Below, piece by piece: positions 7,853-12,370 of a DNA stretch of 12,370 nt (position 1 is its first letter; each line of letters opens with the position of its first letter). The position numbers and the translations under genes are program-made. Source of the stretch: Candidatus Sumerlaeales bacterium (GTDB lineage Bacteria > Sumerlaeota > Sumerlaeia > Sumerlaeales > Sumerlaeaceae); assembly GCA_038243585.1 (NCBI GenBank), contig JBBSQY010000069.1:1-12370 (forward strand), written 5' to 3'. The notes beneath the pieces are model-generated. The model saw nothing but the letters and a program-made list of their open reading frames with translations, searched no databases and was not told the DNA's origin.

Positions 7853-8030
7853 GCCCCCCCGAACGCCATACCCGCCAATGCCCAGGTTCCTAAAACAAAC
7901 CGACGACCAGAACGGCGTGATTACAGAATCACCTATTCGGAGTAAGGCACCAAACTGCTGTTCTTTCTTTTGCTTTTCTTAGTGCCTTTGAGCCTTTGTG
8001 TCAAATTCCCGGCTTCGAACTAAACGCAGT

Positions 8031-8723
8031 CTACTCCGCGTCTTTACGCTCCAGCAGTGGACGCACCATGTCTGACCAGATCACATAACCTTTGTCGGTC
8101 ATGTGCAGCCCGTCGTCTTTTAGCAGTTCCGCGCGGGGTTTGCCGTCCGCCCCAAGCATCGCCGGAGCAATATCAATATAGGTCACCAGGTCATCCGACT
8201 CCGCCAGTTTCTGCTCCGCCAGGCCCACCTGCTGCATCGCCGGCCACAACTTCCAACGCGAGATGCTGGGCTTCGGCGGGATGATCAGCACCCGCGCCGC
8301 AGGCAGTTTCTCGTGCACCAGCGACACAAATTTCTTCACATCGCCGATTACTGTAGCTGTCGTTTTCCCGCCGCTGATATCATTATCGCCGGAGTAAAAC
8401 ACGATAGTCTCAGGCTTATACGGAACAACAACCCGATCGAAATAATGTAGCACATCGGAAATCTGAGAGCCGCCGAACCCGCGATTAAGCACCGGTAGTT
8501 TTGGGAAAAACTTCTTCACCTTCCACGCGCCAATACTCGAACTCCCGACAAACAAAATGGCATTTTTCGGCGGTGAGGTGAGCTGATCCTGCTTCTCGAA
8601 TTTCAGAATCGATTTCTCGAATCGGTTTGTATCCGCCGCGCAAAGTGGGTCAGGATTAAGTATAAATAAAATAGCCACCACGGAAAACATGAGGCCGGAT
8701 ATGCAGTTTTTTTGTATAGTCAT
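8031..8723 (-). CDS. Secreted SGNH/GDSL-family hydrolase (esterase/lipase)
   Basis: Blocks FVGSSSI (Ser nucleophile), NRGFGGS, YSGDNDI and DGLH. Likely start ATG 8723 (230 aa) with a signal-peptide-like N-terminus, rather than the TTG at 8822. Confidence 0.92.
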   Translation of the reverse strand: MTIQKNCISGLMFSVVAILFILNPDPLCAADTNRFEKSILKFEKQDQLTSPPKNAILFVGSSSIGAWKVKKFFPKLPVLNRGFGGSQISDVLHYFDRVVVPYKPETIVFYSGDNDISGGKTTATVIGDVKKFVSLVHEKLPAARVLIIPPKPSISRWKLWPAMQQVGLAEQKLAESDDLVTYIDIAPAMLGADGKPRAELLKDDGLHMTDKGYVIWSDMVRPLLERKDAE

Positions 8724-8834
8724 AAGGAATCGGTTCTTATAAAGACGTTCGGATTGCAAGAAGAAATTCCCGGCAATTAAAGTAGCGAATTTGGAACGCC
8801 GTCCGCAGCCGGCCAAACCCAATTGCCGCCACTG

Positions 8835-9941
8835 TCACCCCCGCTTCCCGAACCGCCTCAGTTCCTCCCGCACCGCCATAGCCAACGCCTGGCCGCCGTG
8901 TATAACCGGCGACCTCCTATGACTGAAAGCCGCGGTCACGGCCCACAGCGTCTTAAAAGAAAATCGTTCCTCCGTTGAAATCGCATAGATCGGTTCCCAT
9001 TCCTCCGGGCGAAATTTCGACTTGAACGTCTCCAGTCCCTCAAAATCATAAAACCGCCGTCCATGGGCGCGCAGCCATTTAAACAGCAGCGCCAGCCACG
9101 CCGGATTTACCGGACCATCCTCAGGAACATTTCCCGACAGCGGAACCAGCCCCAGAGTTACATACCGACTGTCTTCGTCGGCGAATCTCTCCATGGCCAC
9201 ATTCAGCAGCAGTTCATTTGTGCCATTAGGTGCGCGCGGATGCCGAATAATCTGCTCAATCAGCCACCCCCTGCGCACCGGTACCGGCGACGCAATAAGA
9301 AACCCGCAAAGCAAGTCGCCCTGATGCGCTACAAATACTCGTCGATCTCGCAAAAGAGCCAGCGTATCCGCCTCCACCAGAAAATGCATAGGCGGCATTG
9401 AGCGAGAGCGAATCCACACACTCAGAAGCCGCTGCATCTCAGCGATTTCCTCGGGCGCAGGCGCCACATACTCGACAACAGTTACGCCCTTATTGCGAGC
9501 CCGATGAAACTGCGCCCGCACCGACGCCCGTCGCCCGATGATCCCCCGCCAGTGTCTCGGATCCCAAACCGGCTGCGATCCCAAAACCACCACGCTATGA
9601 AGCGGCGGATTACGGCAACCGTCATACAGGCGAACCGCCGCCCCAAAGTAACAAACCCGGCAACCATCAGCCCGCGCCGCAATTTCCAGTTGTTCAACCA
9701 CCCGCGGCAAATTCTCTCGTGCACAAACCGGCGCGCCCGCAATCACCCACCGCCCCGAACGCCGGACATACCCCGCCACAGCGTCGCCCTCCGGCGAAAA
9801 CCAATGTTCAAACCCGGGGTTAAGAATCTGATAAGCTACCGCGTTCCACCCGAACCGCAAAACCAGCTCTCGAGCACGGAGCAACAAAGCAGGTTCGACA
9901 TTCCCGCCTGTCTCACCAGGCCATCCCGAAGCGGCATTCAC
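8835..9941 (-). CDS. Stand-alone DUF2156 / phosphatidylglycerol lysyltransferase C-terminal (MprF synthase-like) domain protein
   Basis: 368 aa with no TM region. Motifs GAPVC, RAQFHRARNKGV, RHPRAPNGTNELLL, VTLGLVPLS and FYDFEGLETFKSKFRPEEWEPIY match the MprF/LysX C-terminal signature F.GL..FK.KF.P.W.P.Y. Confidence 0.88.
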   Translation of the reverse strand: MNAASGWPGETGGNVEPALLLRARELVLRFGWNAVAYQILNPGFEHWFSPEGDAVAGYVRRSGRWVIAGAPVCARENLPRVVEQLEIAARADGCRVCYFGAAVRLYDGCRNPPLHSVVVLGSQPVWDPRHWRGIIGRRASVRAQFHRARNKGVTVVEYVAPAPEEIAEMQRLLSVWIRSRSMPPMHFLVEADTLALLRDRRVFVAHQGDLLCGFLIASPVPVRRGWLIEQIIRHPRAPNGTNELLLNVAMERFADEDSRYVTLGLVPLSGNVPEDGPVNPAWLALLFKWLRAHGRRFYDFEGLETFKSKFRPEEWEPIYAISTEERFSFKTLWAVTAAFSHRRSPVIHGGQALAMAVREELRRFGKRG

Positions 9942-10006
9942 GGGAAAAATACCCAGGCATTGCTAAAAACAAGCCGGTAATAAAAGACATCCAATTTAAA
10001 CAGCGA

Positions 10007-10036
10007 TAGCCGAGCGGATCGTGTCCGCTCGGCTAC
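10007..10036. terminator. 12-bp perfect hairpin after the aminotransferase gene (terminator or GTAG-type REP)
   Basis: TAGCCGAGCGGA-TCGTG-TCCGCTCGGCTA. On the minus strand it begins GTAG followed by the palindrome, and the U-tract is weak. Confidence 0.55.
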
Positions 10037-10108
10037 CATTTTCTCAGGGACCGTAGCCCCCACATTAGCCAATATTGTTACCAGGGACGTCGCGCGCCAC
10101 AGGCGATC

Positions 10109-11458
10109 TTACGACGCTACCCCATCCTCATGCTTCGGGTGCTTGTCTGTGTGATCGGCAAGAGACGTTGCAATTTTTCCGAGCGTCTCCACTACAAAAT
10201 CCACCTGTTCTCTGGTGATGCACAGGGGCGGAGCAAAACGGATAGAGTGCGCACCGCAGCCCAGCGCCAAGACGCCGTGATCATAGAATTTTGTAACGAT
10301 GTCGTTGCGCAGGGTCGGAGATGGGTTTCCGGCGTTGTCTACGGCGTCCACTGCGATCATCAGACCCAAGCCGCGTGGAGATGCCACGTGAGGGGTTTTC
10401 TCCGCCAGTTCTTTCAGCTTTTCCTGGAAGTAATCGCCGGTCGTCCGGGCGTTCTCCATCATGCCCTGTTCCAGCAGATCAAGGGTTGCGTTGGCCGCCG
10501 CGCAGGCAACCGGGTTGCCGCCGAAAGTTGTGCCATGCTGACCGGGAGCCCAGTCCATAATCTCGGCTTTCGCCATGAAACCGCCCAGAGGCATTCCACT
10601 TGCTATACCTTTTGCGAACGTGAGAATGTCAGGCTCCAGCCCGAAATGTTCACATGCAAACATCTTGCCGGTGCGGCCCATTCCACTCTGCACTTCGTCT
10701 ACTACGAGCATAATCTTATGGCGGGTACACAGCTCGCGCAGGCCCAACAGCCACTTTTTATCCGGCACAATATAACCGCCCTCACCCTGAAGCGCCTCCA
10801 CAAAGATTGCCGAGAAATTGCCCTGGTCGGCGACTTTTCCGAAAATGAAATCTTCGATAAATGACAGGTCGGAGTTATACTTGGCATGATGGATTCCGGG
10901 CAGGAACGGCGAAAAGTCTTTGCGTTGGATGCTTTTGCTGGCGGTGAGGGAAAGCGCACCCATGGTGCGGCCGTGGAACGCGCCGTAAAAGCTGAGCATC
11001 TGATGGCCGCCGGTGGCGTAGCGGGCCAGCTTGATCGCCCCCTCAACGCTTTCAGCGCCGCTGTTGGTGAAGAAAACCCGCTTTTCACCTTTGATGGGCG
11101 AGTATTTAAAAAGCCGCTCAGCCAGGCGCACCTGCACTTCATAATAGAAGTCAGTGCCGCTCATGTGAATGAACTTTTTCGCCTGATTTGTAATGGCTTC
11201 AACAACATGCGGGTGCGAATGACCGGTGGCGCAAACAGCTATGCCCGCGGCCATATCCAGAAACCGGTTCCCGTCGACATCCCACACCACGCAGCCCTCG
11301 CCGCGATCCATTACAAAAGGATAATCCCGCGTGTATGATGTCGACATGACAACCGCATCTCTGTCGACAATCGCTTTGGCCTTTGGGCCGGGCAGTGGCC
11401 CTGTCAGGTGCGGTAAAAGTTCGGATGTGTGAGTCGGGTTCTGGGTTCCTGATGTCAT
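10109..11458 (-). CDS. Class III PLP-dependent aminotransferase (acetylornithine / 4-aminobutyrate / ornithine aminotransferase family)
   Basis: Likely start ATG 11458 with GGAGG RBS (11471-11475), giving 449 aa. Motifs DVDGNRFLDMAAGIAV, NSGAESVEGAIK, FHGRTMG, EALQGEGG, DEVQSGMGRTG, TFAKG (PLP Lys) and HGTTFGGNP. Confidence 0.93.
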   Translation of the reverse strand: MTSGTQNPTHTSELLPHLTGPLPGPKAKAIVDRDAVVMSTSYTRDYPFVMDRGEGCVVWDVDGNRFLDMAAGIAVCATGHSHPHVVEAITNQAKKFIHMSGTDFYYEVQVRLAERLFKYSPIKGEKRVFFTNSGAESVEGAIKLARYATGGHQMLSFYGAFHGRTMGALSLTASKSIQRKDFSPFLPGIHHAKYNSDLSFIEDFIFGKVADQGNFSAIFVEALQGEGGYIVPDKKWLLGLRELCTRHKIMLVVDEVQSGMGRTGKMFACEHFGLEPDILTFAKGIASGMPLGGFMAKAEIMDWAPGQHGTTFGGNPVACAAANATLDLLEQGMMENARTTGDYFQEKLKELAEKTPHVASPRGLGLMIAVDAVDNAGNPSPTLRNDIVTKFYDHGVLALGCGAHSIRFAPPLCITREQVDFVVETLGKIATSLADHTDKHPKHEDGVAS

Positions 11459-11489
11459 AATGTCGTGTTGCCTCCTGGATTGTAAAGAA

Positions 11490-11518
11490 ATTTTACGCCG
11501 CAATGGCGATTTGATCAA
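11490..11518 (-). promoter_or_regulatory. sigma70-type promoter of the aminotransferase gene
   Basis: Minus-strand TTGATC (11518-11513), 17-nt spacer, TAAAAT (11495-11490), just upstream of the GGAGG RBS. Confidence 0.65.
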
Positions 11519-11721
11519 AACAGCATTTGCCGACAGTGTGATCAAGAGGAATCATGCATTACGCCGATTCTGCGGGGGACACGTGTCTATGAAAAGCAAT
11601 TGCTGCAAGTGACGTACTTTAAAAGAGCGCAATAATTTCAAGCACATTTACTCCAGGCAATTCGTCGCGCGTCCACCCCGCCCCGCCCATTTCCGGCACG
11701 GCTCGAAAAGTTAACACGGCT

Positions 11722-12369
11722 TTAGTAAATCGCCCAATCGCCAACATTGGTTGAGGACGAAATGGACTCGACCTTAAGATTATCAAACAGCACAAACTGA
11801 TCAGAGGCCGGGGTAGCCGACGAAGAATAATTGTCCATCACTCCGATGTGAGGTAGCAGGTTATTCATTGGCGTTCCCGCATTCGGCGTAAACCAGTCGC
11901 ACATCAAAATTTTGCTGCCGTCCGGCTTGGTGGCAGCCAGGCGAATTTTCCCGTCCAGAAAAAGCATCTCCCACCGTACCCATGCCTTGCCCGGGGCGCC
12001 AGCGGATTCAAACTGGTCCGACGGAAAGATCGCACCAAAGTCAAAGTGATTGACAGCGCCGGAATTGAGGAAGTTTGCGCGGGCACCGTTGTTGCCCCTG
12101 GCGGCCGATCCGGAGCCATCGTAATAACGATAGTCGTAGCTGCTGCTGCCTTCGCCGATCATTGCAAAGTAAAAGCCCGTGAAGGGGCTGTTCACTCCCG
12201 AAATGTAATCCGTGGGCGCCGCGGCTACCTGTGCGGAGTTCGCGCTGCCGCCCAACGTCATAAACTGGCCTGATCCCGCACCGCCACCGGCTCCGCCGTT
12301 GTAGTTTTGCCAGCAATCAAACGTAAGGCGCATGTTTTGGGCAGTGGGGGTGGTTAAGGTCGCGGATAC
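11722..12369 (-). CDS. 3' part of a probable secreted beta-sandwich (lectin/LamG-like) protein with a C-terminal VGDWAIY tail; 5' end outside the window
   Basis: The frame stays open from the ORF-track ATG (12333) to the window edge (VSATLTTPTAQN-MRLTFDCWQNYNGG...). It is rich in G/S/N/A and aromatics, has a beta-strand end FVLFDNLKVE, then a Ser/Thr linker and NVGDWAIY*. Confidence 0.75.
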   Translation of the reverse strand, partial: VSATLTTPTAQNMRLTFDCWQNYNGGAGGGAGSGQFMTLGGSANSAQVAAAPTDYISGVNSPFTGFYFAMIGEGSSSYDYRYYDGSGSAARGNNGARANFLNSGAVNHFDFGAIFPSDQFESAGAPGKAWVRWEMLFLDGKIRLAATKPDGSKILMCDWFTPNAGTPMNNLLPHIGVMDNYSSSATPASDQFVLFDNLKVESISSSTNVGDWAIY

Positions 12370-12370
12370 A

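Noticed and set aside
7697..7945. 82-aa ORF downstream of higA as a possible toxin
   Set aside because: It has a TTG start with no RBS, runs across the REP-like repeats, and shows no RelE/HigB/PIN-like features.
10109..11458. Class III enzyme as an amino-acid racemase/epimerase (Ile 2-epimerase or BAR type)
   Set aside because: It has QGEGG (Glu) rather than the QGDxG Asp recalled as the second catalytic residue of those racemases, so a transaminase is more likely. The substrate cannot be assigned, so no gene symbol is given.

Overview
Chromosomal bacterial window with GC-rich genes and AT-richer, repeat-laden spacers. In order: a partial YvoD-like nucleoside-recognition (Gate) membrane protein (-), a GT4 glycosyltransferase (+), a YfhO-family/GT-C membrane protein (-), acetyl-CoA synthetase acs (+), an orphan HigA-like HTH gene (+) among decayed REP/MITE-like repeats, a secreted SGNH/GDSL hydrolase (-), a stand-alone DUF2156/MprF-synthase-like protein (-), a class III PLP aminotransferase (-), and the 3' part of a probably secreted protein ending ...SSSTNVGDWAIY (-). 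No transposase, integrase, CRISPR array, tRNA or rRNA was seen. The best leads are the C-terminal VxDWxxY tail (a candidate sorting signal that, from recall only, suggests Ca. Sumerlaeota/BRC1), an unannotated 30-codon ORF with a synonymously diverged RWRxxTEP repeat, a 107-bp TTTA-loop multi-hairpin element in two copies with a compensatory change, the toxin-less HigA whose stop codon comes from a repeat, and the flippase-less DUF2156 protein beside an exported esterase. All family calls are by eye from motifs; no searches were run.
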